A stretch of DNA of 64,000 nt from Macrostomum lignano (Eukaryota), in contig NIVC01000920.1 of assembly GCA_002269645.1 (NCBI GenBank), positions 186,001 through 250,000 of the forward strand, in the 5' to 3' direction. The notes beneath the pieces were generated by a model, which made no database searches, was not told where the DNA came from, and saw nothing but the letters and a program-made list of their open reading frames with translations. Positions 14,038-28,170 of the stretch are shown here, one piece after another (the first letter of the stretch is position 1; each line of letters opens with the position of its first letter). Both the position numbers and the translations under genes were made by a program.

Positions 14038-14396
14038 ACCGCAGGCAGCTCTGGTTGGCCTCGATCTGGCAGCCAATCGTCCGGCAAATTTTGCCAGTCA
14101 AAGGAGCTCATTGTTGCCCTGCTCTCCCTGTCCAACTGCGATATAAATTATGCATGTGCGGCCAAAGTGGTGAGGAATATAGCTCGTACCTCGCCTTGCT
14201 CCGCAATCATTGCGATTTTGTTCCACTGTGCAGGTAGGCGAGCTGTCCGGCTTGATACCTCCTCAATTTAAAATAGACCCTAAAGGTAAGGAATTGTTCA
14301 AATGTAAGTTTACAGTAGCTTCTTGCAGTCTATTCAGTAATTTGTGAATTTTTCCATGCATTTTGCCTGTGTGTTGACTGTGTCTGTGTCTGTGCG

Positions 14397-14856
<460 letters not shown>

Positions 14857-15396
14857 GATAAATCAATGCTGGCAAAAGTCGGCAGCGGGGCCCAGCAATC
14901 GCATGGGCAGCAATATTCAGTATGATGAGAAAGAATGCCAAACAAGTTCCAAGGCAACAGCGGCAGAAGCGAAAGTCGTGTAGGCGAGAGAAGCATTTCG
15001 CGAGGGTAAGCGTGCCAATAAAAGCAGCAGAACTCTGTTGCCAACCCGCAGCCAGGCGAATAAAAGCAGAAAAAAGTTGTTTGCAGGCTTCCTCATACGC
15101 GCGAAGTCGCTAATGAGGAGGCTCCGGGCCAGATATCGCGGAGTCTGGCGGGGCGCCTCCGCCACGGGGGGGATTTGCGAAAGAATTGGTTTTGAAGAAA
15201 TTTGAGCAGCATGGCAACTTCTACAATTGGGGACTGGAGCTGCTGGAATTCGATCATGACTGAGTGAAACAGGAGATAGGACCTGATGGGGCCAGGATTG
15301 CAGTCAGCTGTAGAAACAGAGCAGAAACAGACTGTTGGTTACTGAGCATGGGACTGCCTGTGCATCTATGTCTATCTATGCATGCATCTATCTTTC

Positions 15397-15971
<575 letters not shown>

Positions 15972-18900
15972 TGTTGTTGAGTCTAGCATTTTCTGTAATA
16001 TGTTTAATTGCAGTAAAATGGGGCAGGGGGATCTGTACCCCATCTAACGTGCCATAAAATTTTAATTACACTACCGTACTTAAGATCTTGAGCAGGTCGG
16101 TATAAATTTTTCAGGAGTCACCCAGTTTTTCCGGGTTGTTTTACATAGCTTTTTGTTAGCAAAGCATTGAATTTTATAACACCCACAGTTCGCAATTCCC
16201 GGACCTTCTTCATTGCCAGAGGATGCCCTGGCTCACCCATTACTCTCCCCTCCTCTCTCACTCCTAATTTTTATACCCTTCCTCTCACCCTTCCTCTCTC
16301 TCTTCCACTGTCTTTCTCTCCTCTTCTCTCACCCATTTATCTCTCACCCCTTCTCTTGCGACTCTCTTCTCTCACCCTCTTCTCTACCCAACAGTTTCAC
16401 TTTAAATCTCTCTCTCCCCCTCTCTCTCTCATCACTCTCTCAAAACTCATTCATCCGTCTTTAGGTACTCTCTGGTTCTTGTCTCTGGCGTCCCTTGCCA
16501 TTCCACGCTTTTATAGCAAAATGCTATCCGTCACCTCTTTCTCAGCACTGCTGCTTTCAGGAAAAGTGCGGATCAATCAGTTAGTCTATCTCACTGCTAC
16601 TTGCCAATGAAAATCTTTCTTAGAAGGCATGGTACGAGGATTGCAGTCAGAAATAAATAAGTCGGTTTCTTATCAATCCGAGTCGGAAAGCTGTAATTAA
16701 TACTGGAATTCCCAAACCAAATTGAAGCACGAGCCACCTGGAATTCAGACATTACTTCCACATCAACATTTGGGGCATAATGCTGCTAATTAATCAGCAT
16801 TAGCTTTGTTAGTTTATCTGAAACAGGAAAATGCACTATGAGGTTAACTGGGCATTTACATCCTTCTGCCGTATCGGGTTGAATACTGTTTATCGGCGCC
16901 GGTTTTTCTCGGGTAAGTTTCACCGGTAAAGCCGAACGACCCACTTCCTGCTTCCTAGTTAGTGCAGCTGTGAAAATATCGGACACTCTAGAAATCAACC
17001 GGCAGTCCCGTCCCCTAAGTCATGCTTATTTACGCTGTGTGAGCTTGTGGCTACACACTTGAGTTCGGACAGTGGCTCCGGTGCCCCGCCCCGCTAACAG
17101 AAGCTGCCCTCTCGTGACCAGCTCCTCACAATTCAACGGCCACTCTTTCCTTTTTGGAGACACTGGGGGGTGGCAGAGAAGAGGAAGAGCTGAGGATGGA
17201 GCGGCTCCGTCAATGCGGAAGGAATATTCATGAGCGATGCTTGAGTCGGATGGACTCACAAGCAGGACTCACACAAGTGCCTGCCCATCCGAGAGACGAA
17301 ATGTGTGAAAAAAAGTGTGATAGGCAGGCAGGAAAAACTCAGCGCAAGCAGTTAGTTTTGTCGAAACTGCAGTGAGTCGCCTTACCTCCAATGGTGTTTT
17401 TCAATCTGCGGCAATCAATGCTACAGTGAAGCAACGCTAGAGACATGCGGTTTCTTTATCCCGGACGTAGGGGTTTGTCGCATCCGGCAAGAGAAATATT
17501 TCTTGTCTGCGGCTTGCATTTCTTTTCTCTCTGCTGCTCCATGGATTCCACCTTGGCAGCGGCTGACAGAGAGGGGAAATATTTGGCTGAGGCAGAAATT
17601 TAAATAAAAACTTTTCTCTCTTTCGATACATTGCACTTTCAGGCAACTGGTGCCCGCATCTGCTGGCTCCTCCTTCATCGCTTTATTCCCATTCTCGGTA
17701 TTTCGTCTTAGGAAGCATCGTCACGCTTGAGTCCTATCTGGATCCATATTATGTTTTTTATTCAGCGACTTCTGCTCAGTCCTGGGGAGGGAAATCCCAA
17801 GACTTGATGTGAGACTGAGAAAGAAATAGAGAGACCGTGAATAGGGGAGGGACGAGAGACGATCGCGTCATTAACTCCCAAAAAAATATTGGATCGTAAA
17901 CTTTTTTGCAATTGGTCTGCCACAGCTCAGGTCTTCTACTTTTTTGCATCGTTCCCCCGGCAGCCACTTCGGTCCCCCTGTTGCAATTTCCTGCCCAGTG
18001 CGCCGCAACGGAGGCTCAGCTGCAGAGAAGATTTTATTGCCGCCACGGGGGGAGTTTTTTGGACTCAATATTGATTTTAAAATAAGAAAGCTAGACTTGG
18101 GATTAGAAATTAAAAACATTAGAGCTATCGGTCGTCAAGGGGATTTCCTGTAGGTGTTGATATTAAAAAGCGCGAATGAGTGATAAAATTGTCCGTGAAA
18201 CTGAGAGAGGTATTTATGAAACGGAACCTTAGAAAAGTTTTGTATTTACTGCTGAATTATGATTACTTCGGCTCATTCCCATCCATCCTAAACCTTTCTG
18301 GCAAAGTTGAGCATTGGTGGCATGGGCTGTGGCATGATGGAACTCATCCACTCAGCCTCAGTGACATTCCGATGCCGTAAATCATTCTGCTTCTAACAAT
18401 AGGCGTAGAGTCACATTGTAAGCTTGTTACAATGAGCTTTGGCTCTTAATTAGACTGTGCGGACCTCTGCTGGCTTGCTTTTTTCTGTGACAAAAACGGC
18501 GGTTGAGCGGATGGGATGTACGGAACCGCTGAGCACTGCAGGAATAATAGGGAACTGTTTCCGATCGTCACAGTCGTTAAACGGGCTTGCTTGCGTTTTT
18601 TTGCAGCCACAGTCGGATACTAAAATATTGATATAAAAAGAGAGAGCCGAAGAGAACTAGTCATTGGGAGTCAGGGGCAGTAATAAGTACAGAATGAATC
18701 TGCGACCAGAATGCCAACGATAGTGGCAGGGACAAAGTTAATGTTGCTTGAAGCCGCCGCTCTCAGAATTGAAGCTCAAAAGAGGACTGTCGCGCCTCCT
18801 ATATTCTTGTCTCTTGCGCTGGACCCCTTACTGTCTGCCAGCTCCCATTCACTGGTTCGCACTGGGCCAGAGGGCTTTGGTCATTCGAAGCAATTGAGCA

Positions 18901-19729
18901 TAAAACTCGGTCTGCAACTGGTCCTGCTGGCCTGTTTAAGTCCAATCCGATTAGTCCGCAGCCGAGATTATTTATTGATTTCTTCCCATCGCGACGTCTT
19001 TGAGAGTCGATTGCGGGCCCAGTTACTTCTTCAAATTCTCTCTCGTCTCGTCCCGCTCTGAGGTCTCTAATTATTGGCATGCAAGCGGATCAATTCCAGG
19101 GAGAATTCCTATATAGATCCTTAAAACCAATCTGTCTTAGACGAGGAAAAGTCAGCGTGCCTGACGGATAGGCTTTCCTATTTCCTAGTGGTTTATTTAG
19201 TCACAAGCAATTAGAAGACGCTCCGTACTTTCCTGAGTTGGCTGCAGTTGTGGTAGACTTAGTGGAACAGTCTGTGAGCAAGCATCCACGGCAGCGTCTG
19301 ATGAAATTCCCAGCACCAGCAACTTATGAGGGCACGGCGGGGCAGATTCGAGCTGAGTCACTACAGCTTCTAGCATCTAGAGGAGGTATTGTTTACTCAA
19401 GGTGGCCGGACCACTTGCACAGCGGAGAAATTACATAGCAGGATGTCAATACGAGGTTGGGGTATTGATGATTTTCCATTGCTTTACAGTGCATATGCAT
19501 CAGTTGCGCTGAGTAGTCAGGAGACCTACATAGGTATGCTAGAAATGTACTCTTAATCATCAATGGCTGGCTCAAGTAGAAAGTACCGTATAGGTGAAAA
19601 GACTTCAAAGTCATTTTGAATCAAATTTATACATAAACTGAACATTATTTATGTAGAGCTTCATCATATATATAAATGTTCCCCCCGTTTTCTTATAATT
19701 TAGGATCCGAAGCATTACTGCCCGAAGTT

Positions 19730-22014
19730 ATGCTGCCCGAGGCCGCAAGGTTCTTCTTAGAGACCACGAGCATTCGCGGTGTGGGCAAAATAGTAAAAAC
19801 GCAGAACGTATTTCTCAGCCGTTTGTGGGCTCTGTTTGTTCTGGCATCGACTTCTTTGCTTTGCTACAGCGTTTTTAAGATCATCGTAGACTACCTGCAG
19901 TACGACGTCAACATCCAGACGTACCATGACATAGACGACGCTACGCCATTCCCTGCCGTGAGTATCTGCAACAACCAGGCCTTCTCTAAGAATGCCTACC
20001 GTCTCTGGGCTGACAATCGCGTCCGCTCGCCGTCCGAATTCAACCGGCAATTGCGCCAGAAAGCGCTACGCATGCTGTCTGATCCTGAATTTCGAGCGGC
20101 CTACTCCAGCGCCAACCAATCCGCACGGCAGCAGCTGCGCGAGTCCATCCAGAATCGGGCCTACATGTCGATGCACACTTCGTTGGTAATGGACAACTCG
20201 CGAACTTACTATCAGAACACGGCCGCCAACGACTCCATCCTGCTTGGCCACGAGCGCAACGAGTCGCTGGTGGAGTGCGTCATCAAATATTCATCTCGTC
20301 AGGCTTTGGGCACCAAGGGCTGTCACGATCCAATGTTAAACGTGACGCTGTTCTCCGATCCGAACTTTTTCAACTGCATGACAATCGAATTCAATGAGGA
20401 TTCCTGGAGTGAAGTTCTGAGCTTGACCCTGATTGTTTGGCTGGGACCCGATGAGAACTATGACATGCGCCACCGGCAGGGGTTTCTCTACGATGTGTTT
20501 GAGCAGGCCTACGGACTGCGGGTTGCAATTCATGAGCCCAGGACACAGCCCAAGGTGAGAATTAATTTGGCGTCTAATTTTTCAGTCTAGAAAGCCAGCT
20601 GAAATTTTAGGAAGTACATTTTCTCTACTTCGGAAAATTTCAAATTCATGCCGGGATGAGGCTTGAAATCTGGAATAAGATCAAACAAGGGAAGTAAATT
20701 ATTCAGCACGCTGCTCAATTAGTCTCTCATTAAAGGACTAACTTATACATAGTCACACTTCTATTTTAGCATTTTTTCACTAATTTGACTTAAACTATCC
20801 TATTTAAAAATCGGTAGCTAATAAAAGATTTCAACGTGTTACTTTCCCTTCGATTTCCCTTCACTTCGAATTCGGCTTCGATTTGCTAATCGAGTTAGTC
20901 ATGAATCATGAACAAACAGACTCATGACCTTCCATCCAAAGCGCACCTTCCAAAACGATTGTTTTTTATTCATTAGATCCTGGAGCGGGGCATCCAGACG
21001 GAGCCGGGCAAAATGAACGAGATCAAGTACCAGCCAGTCCGCTTTGTGCGCGAGAATACTCCCAAGAAGCCGTGCATCAGTCCCGAGGAAACGTCGCACG
21101 TGAAACTTCGCGATCTCTACAATGAGTACAACTATGACCAGGAGCTCTGTCTGGACTCTAAAGTGCAGGCTATGGTGCTCGAAAAGTGTGGCTGTTTGTA
21201 CATTGAACTGCCGCGCATAGCCATACCAAATGCTACTCATCCCTACTGCGGCATCATTGACGACAAGATGTTGCAGCGATCTGCCTGCATCCAGGATTTG
21301 CACTTGCGTGAGCTGCGAAAATCCTACGAAACGACCGAGTGCTTGCCTACGTGCGTTGATCGCAGCTTCGACAAAGAATTATCAGTAACCAAATGGCGCG
21401 ACACGCAGTGGATGATCTACTGGATCAAGGAGCTCTGCGAACGCTGGGACAACTATTTTGGTCAATTGCAGAAGGATCCGCTACCGCCGATGAACGAATT
21501 TGATAAAAGTCTAAATCCCCTGCGAGATTACCTGACGGCTTCTAACATCACCAATGTCACCCTGCTGCTAGCAAAAGATTCGTTCAAGTTCGACGATCAC
21601 TACACCTTCCTGGTTGTGAAGCGTCAGAGTTACAATACCTTGGTTAAAAAGGAAAAAATTGTACTCACGTTGAATGCTCTATTCAGTCGCGTCGGTGGTC
21701 TTTGCTCTGTTTACATCGGCCTTTCCCTGGCATTCTTCATGGAGTGCATTGAGCTTCTATTCAAGCTCGTCTGCGAAAGACCAGCAAAGGATTCGGCTGG
21801 AAGTACAAGCAAAGCTGACGATATCGCGGCTGGAATTCGGTCTCCTGTGGACACCGACCGCGACAATGGAGAGCAAATGGGCCTTATTCATTCCGCAATG
21901 GAAGACAGAAAGCCGGAAGGGGACTTCGGAGATCAGCAGCAGCAGCAGAGGTCGAGGCACCCTCAGCTGCAGAGCAGCTCTGAATGGGTGTGCCAGGCCG
22001 CATCAACTGTTTGA
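19730..22014 (+). CDS. DEG/ENaC/ASIC-family (amiloride-sensitive) ion channel subunit, 2 coding exons
   Basis: Exon 1 is 19730-20554 (MLPEAARFFLETTSIRG; TM1 LWALFVLASTSLLCYSVFKIIVDYL; FPAVSICN; FFNCMT; GLRVAIHEP; GT at 20555). Exon 2 is 20977-22014 (ILERGIQTEPG; Cys-rich thumb; TM2 SRVGGLCSVYIGLSLAFFMECIEL). The phase-0 splice is consistent. An AG at about 19702 suggests an upstream exon. Confidence 0.93.
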
Positions 22015-24015
22015 TGTATTAATGCTGTTAAATATCCAAAGGTGTGCAACTCTTGGAATGACTAATTGTGTTTGTAAGGGGTACGTTACACTTGTGCTGC
22101 AGAAGTTTAATAATACATGTACTTCGGAGAGGATAACTTTTGCCAGAACAGATCGCAATTCTCTTACACGGCTCGTAATCACACTTTCATGAAGTATTTC
22201 TGATGTTCACTCTGCGCTTCTACTTATGTGATGGTTGAGCGTTTTCCGGACCCTCTCAAATCTCTCAATAGCTATATATAGCTCCTACGTATGGCTTTTA
22301 ACTTTATTTATATTCGATAGCTACTTGCTTGCAAAGTTTGAAAGCATTAATTATGCTCTAAAGCAAAATTTTCCCTCACTTGTCAGCTTCTGATTTTAGT
22401 CTCTTGTCACTATCCGATCAACAGTGCAAGCAAACTGCTCGCGGTGTTCCTCTTGCCCCAGCTGATTCTGCTCTGCATATGCTTTTTTTGGTAGGCTTGT
22501 TGCAAGTATAAGCCAAGGACAACTGAAGTTACTTAAGTTGTCCTTGGTAAAAGCATTAAATTTTATGTGCATGCATCCTTCTTTGCGAGCAGTTGTAACA
22601 TTTAGTACAGTTTTAAGCCGCATGTTTATGTTTTGACAGCTCTCAGTAAACTTCCCCGGTCATCGATCTAGTTGACAGCAAAGTTTCTGACACCAAAATG
22701 GAGTGTACACTCTCTCTCTCTCGCGAAAGTGGGACTCATCCTCTCTCAACCAAAACTACAAAGCACTTTTGATGACAACAGCTTTTCATTCCGTCCTATC
22801 CAAACAGTCAATTAGGCCAACTGCAATTGTTTTATTGCGAGAGGAGGTGAAGAGGGGGGAACCGCTGTCGCGGATTTCCCCGATTGCGATGAATTTCTCT
22901 CGGATACCCAATCAACTGGGGAAAATGGCGTGACGTGTTTCAAGAAAGAATCAGTCGCTGAGGGTGCTTGTTGAGGGACAGGTCCAGTACCGAGCTGATA
23001 AATGGAGCAGCCATTCATTTTTCTGGCACGCGAAATTCTCCTGTTTGGGCACAAAAGCAAAGAAATGAAAGAAACTAAAATGCCAAAGCAAATCTTTTTC
23101 TATGTGCACGAATATTGTAATCGCATTGTTGTATGAGCGCGCTGTAACGATTCTGTTTCCTGCAACTAAATTTTTCCCGGGTTACCTTGGCGCCATGCAC
23201 TATATTGCCCTGCAGCTTTATATCTTCTCTTCTGCATATGTTTATGAGCGCAGAATTAGCTGAAACTATATCTACGTGCATACTCGTATTGGTAATCATG
23301 TAATGAATTCCATCATTTCCATGCACATGTATTCACCATCTGAACCCTACTGAGTGCCTGATAATAATGTTCTGAGCGTCATTGTGTTTTCCTATTTATT
23401 ACTAAAATACATTTCGATGGAGATTGCTGTGAAAATCTCCATTGCAATTTAGTGTGATATCACGTTTACTAATGCGTTTAAAATCTGACAAAATATATTA
23501 CAATAGTTTGCTTATACCTAACTTCAATTTCAAGCTTAACTTCAAGCCATTTCAAGCTGAGACACCACCGCGGCATTCCTTCGCCCGTCTCCGTCTAAAC
23601 GACGTGTTGCGCCATCGGCGACTCCAGCTGGCAGGCTAAACAATCCGCGCTGAGTCTTAATGATCACTGTGTCCTGCAGGAGGTGTGCTCTTATATGTAC
23701 ATGTACGTATCGTACATCAACATGTAATTAAAACAAATCTGACTTAAAAATACACTTGTAAAAGAATTTTGAAAACAAGACCACGGAAACATGCCGTAAC
23801 TCACCTGTGAAATTACTAACGACATACGGCAAATGCATTTTCGACGCCAGAAGAAAATAATTTCAAAGTCATCCTTGATGGTGAACATGTACGTACGCGC
23901 ATCTGCATGTATGAAACTATGCCTTTTAATAGTGCATTTTCGTGTCTCATAGCCCCAGCCAATAATATGCATTTGTTTCTGTGACGAATTGCTTATACAA
24001 TACGTATTGTATACC

Positions 24016-24210
24016 CAGCGGCTCTCAACCTTTTTTTCAGGCGACCCTAATTTATTCGCTTGCATCATTTTTAATGTTCGCGACCCCTTTTATAATCAAT
24101 ATAATGCATCATTTAATTATGACGTACTCACATTTCTTAAGTGCTGCGACCCCAGTGGTCACGCGAACCCACTGGGGGTCGCGACCCACAGGTTGAGAAG
24201 GTAAAGAACC
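24016..24210. mobile_element. Short non-autonomous hAT/Charlie-like MITE remnant
   Basis: Starts CAGCGGCTCTCAACC and ends GGGGTCGCGACCCACAGGTTGAGAA. The TCTCAACC/GGTTGAGA inverted ends resemble hAT-Charlie-type MITE termini; the right terminus is degenerate. Confidence 0.6.
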
Positions 24211-24487
24211 GTCTAGTGCATTAAAAAATTATGGAACACTACTTCTGTATCATTTTTTTGGATTCAACCAACAACTGTTGTATACCAAGTTTTTGAGAGA
24301 AAAAAGGGGACGGAGTACGGAATTTTGTTTCAATTATTCTTTGCTTGTGAAATGTTTTCCATTTTTAGAGGCTTGACTTACTTGACTTAGCTGCAGGGGG
24401 CGTCCGGCGGATGCAGCGAGGAGGCGGAGGAGACCGCCCATTCCGCTAGCCCCTGGCGACCAACGACTTCCGTTGAAGTGGTGTCGC

Positions 24488-27400
24488 TCAGGGGGACCCG
24501 TCGGTCTCGCCTGCAGCGCGGTCCTCCTCACCGACGGTGGGGAAGAACTCAGCTCGTCCCGTGTCCCTGAGGTACCGGGCGAGCAGCGGGATGCTCTCGG
24601 GCCTGCAAACGTCGGAGAGAACCGGGTTTGGCCCGAGGTGAGTGAGCCTGGGCCTGGTGAAAACCGGGCAGTGGCAGATAAAATGCTCGGCGTTTTCACT
24701 GCCTGAGCGGCAGAAGGGGCCGGCACCGCTCCTCGGGTACTTGGCCCTGAAGGAAGCGGTGGCGAGAGAAGCAGCCATGCCCGGAGAGGGCCATGCTGAC
24801 TGCTCTGAGGTCTCTGCGGTTGAGCCTGAGGAGGGCTCTACGCAGGAGAGGAGAGGGACAGGGGACGGCCGCCCGGGATTGCCTACAATTCCGGGTGTCG
24901 TGCCACCTGCGGAGATGCTCGGAGTCAGTCCAGCGCTTAACGCGGGAGTTGATCACCGAGGCGGGGATGGGGGCTCCCGGGCCCGGCTCCAGCAGCGCAC
25001 CGGCGGAGCCAGCCTTGGCCAGCAGGTCAGCGCGCTCGTTGCTGAGGAAGCCGGCGTGGCCCGGGATCTATCTGAGCTCCACCTGGTTGCCTAGCGCAAG
25101 CCCGTTGAGCTGGGTGTTGCAGTCCAGGACGGACCTGGAGCTGGCGGTGCTGCGGCAGAGGGCCCGAAGGGCTGCTTGGCTGTCAGAGTGAAAAATAAAT
25201 TTCCGACCGCTAAGCTGGCTTCGGCGCAGCTCTGCCGCGCAGGAGCTGATGGCAAGCACCTCGCTCTGAAAAACACTGGAGTTGAGCCCAGTGTGCTGGG
25301 AGTAGCTCCACACCACTTCTCCCTTGAAGAAGACGCAAGCTCCGAAGCCTGAAAGACCATGCCTCATAGAGCCGTCAGTGTAACAGTGGACTTCAGAATC
25401 GCTCCAGCTGTCACTCGCCTCGTGTCGAGGTTGAACAGTGACCTTATACCTTTGGCTCAGGAGAAGGGTGGCTGGGATTGAGTCCGTGAGGATGTTGAGC
25501 CCGCCACACTTCTCGAGAGCCTTAAGGAAGAGGTCAGAGTGCGGGATAAGCGACCGCTTCTTAAAGGCCCGCACTTTTTTGAAGGATACCCCAGCATCCA
25601 GAAGACGCCGGTTGCTCTTCGCCGCCTCTCCTTTGATATAAATATCCAGAGGAGGGGCACAGAGGAAGACATTCATGCCTTCAAAAGGAGTAGAGGGTGG
25701 AGCGCCCATAGTCATGCGGCAGGCTCTGCCCTGAATTTTGTAGAGAGCGTCGAGGTTGCTCTTGACGCTCAGGCCGCTAGCCCACACGAGGCTGGCATAA
25801 CTGATTGAGGGGCGGATGATGGCAGTGTAAATCCACCACAGCTTCCTGGGGGTGAGCCCCCAGGTGGTGCCCACGGCGCGCCTGATCTGAGCTAGGACAG
25901 CCAGGGCTTTTTTGGCTTTAGTTTGAATGTGCGGAGTCCAGTTGAGCCTGTGGTCCAGAGTGAGGCCCAGGCAGCGGACCTGCTTCTCCATGGAAATTTT
26001 CTTTCCATAGAGGGTGAGGGGCTTAATGGTCCAGAGCAGTTTGTTGGTAAACATGACCGCTGTGGTTTTCGACTCTGAGAGTCTAAGGCCACATTGGTTT
26101 GCCCAACGCTCCGCTCGTCCCAGAAAGCCCTGCAGAAGGTCTCTGATGGTATCAACCGAGGGGCCTGCGCATATCGCGGTCACATCATCGGCATAGCCCA
26201 CCTGGAGAATGGGGTCGTGGAGATCACTGCAAAGCAACTCATCCATGACCATGTTCCAGAGAACGGGGGTGAGAACGCCGCCCTGGGGGCCCCCTTTCTG
26301 GACAGGCGCCGAAAGAGAGCTGCCGTTCAGGTGGGCCACAACAGTGCGGTTCCGGATCATGAACATGATCCACCGGACAAGGTGAGGGTGCGTGGCCCTG
26401 GATTCCAGGGCTCTGCAAAAGGTCTCGAAGATGTCGTTGTCAAAGGCCCCCTCAATGTCCAGGAAAAGCGAGAGGGCAAAGCCGCTGCCAAGAACGGCCC
26501 TCTCCAGGAAGTCAACAATGACATGGAGGGCACTCTCGGTAGACCTGCCCGCGCGGAAGGCGTGCTGGTTCTGCGAGAGTGGGAAGCGCTTCAGCTCGAC
26601 CGAAAGTAGGCGCCAAAGCACCAGTCTCTCGAGGAGCTTGAGGCAGAAAGAAGTGAGGCTGATAGGCCTGAAAGCCTTCACCGATTGGTAGTCGCTCTTT
26701 CCCGGCTTGGGGATAAAGACCACCCGGGCCTCTCTCCACGCAACTGGTACATAGCCCAGCTCCACACAAGCTCGAAGGAGACGACAGAGTAGGTCCAGGA
26801 AGCGGTGGTTTTTCACCGCCTCGTGCAAGAACGCTGGGTAGATGCCGTCAGGCCCAGGCGCCTTGAACGGGTTAAAGGACCTTGCCGCTCTAATAATGCG
26901 GTCTTTGGTGATCATAGACTTTGCTAGGCCTTGCCCTCCCACTGTGTGGTCAGGCGGGCCCTGCTGAGTCGGAGATTTAGGGAAGAAACTGTTGAGCATT
27001 AGCTCTAGAGTCTCTTCCGAGCTCTCTGTGACCGAGCCATCAGGTCTCTTCACAACAGAGAGTTTAGAAAAACGGTCATTTGGCGAGAGCCCTCAAGCCC
27101 TTCGCAATATTGGCGCCACTTGGCCGTCCTGGCCCTTCTGACCTGGCCCTTAAACTCGTGGATCGCACGGGTATAGGCCTCTATATCAGATGGGTCTTTG
27201 GTTTTGAGAGCTCGCCTTTGGAGGGTCCTGGCTCGGCGCCGAAGGGTCCCGAGCTCTGGGTTCCACCAGGGAGCAGATTTCTTGCCTTTGTAGGCCTTTA
27301 GAGGGCAGGCTGCTTCAAAGGCAGTGGTGATCGCCCCGCCCAGGGAGGAGGCGAGATCATCCACCACCTGGCAGTCAGAGAGGTCACTGGGGGGGGGGTC

Positions 27401-28170
27401 AAGATCCCGAAGGCCGCGGCTCAGCTTCGAGCCAAAGGCGGCCCAATCGGTGTTCTTGACGTTCCGACTCCAAGTGACCTTGGCTTTTGCTTGGTCGGCC
27501 CAATGCAAAAGCGGATAAAGCGGTGGTCCGAAAGCGAGTCCTCGTCCCACACTCGCCAGCCCGTGACTGCGGAAAGCAGTCCGGGTGAGGCGATGGTGGT
27601 GTCGATGACTTCGGCCCACCGCCCATTATTGAACGTTAGTGCATTGCCCACGTTACAGAAATTGAGGTTTGTGCTGCTGACGTAGGCCAGCAGCTCCTCG
27701 CCTCTGTAATTGGTGTTCTTGCTGCCCCAATGCAGGTGGTGTGCGTTCACATTCCCTGCAATGAGCAGCTCGAACCGACGGGACGCGGCGTAGTCAATGA
27801 GGTTGACTAGTGCGTCGCAGACTACTGGGGCATCGCCTGGGAAATAGGCAGATGCTACCAGTACAGGTTTATTTGGAATGAAGTTATTGATTTGAACAAC
27901 ACAGATGTCCCCAGTCGAGAGATCAGGTCTCATCCATGCCTCAAAAGCTTTTGCAGCAAAGACCAGAGATCTTGGGCGAGGCTGAGTCCGCCATGTAAAA
28001 ACAGTGGTAGCCAGATGGCACATTATTTGGCTTACCTTTAGTCATCCAGGGCTCCTGCACGAAGACCAGGCCCGGAAGCTGTTGCTCTGTCGTGCGCATC
28101 AGGTTGACTGACGCCGCCACGCAGTGCTGGGTGTTGATTTGCAGACACCAGGTAGCCGTGGCAACAGTGC
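24488..28170 (-). pseudogene. ORF2 (APE-RT-RNase H) of the LINE, disrupted
   Basis: Frameshifts near 27970, 27490, 27060 and 24720; TAG at 25068-25070 in place of the Trp of ELRWIPGH; APE GD-x-NAH reads GNVNAH. Confidence 0.9.

Noticed and set aside
18711-19080. Overlapping ORFs upstream of the DEG/ENaC gene
   Set aside because: No domain, splice support or compositional signal.
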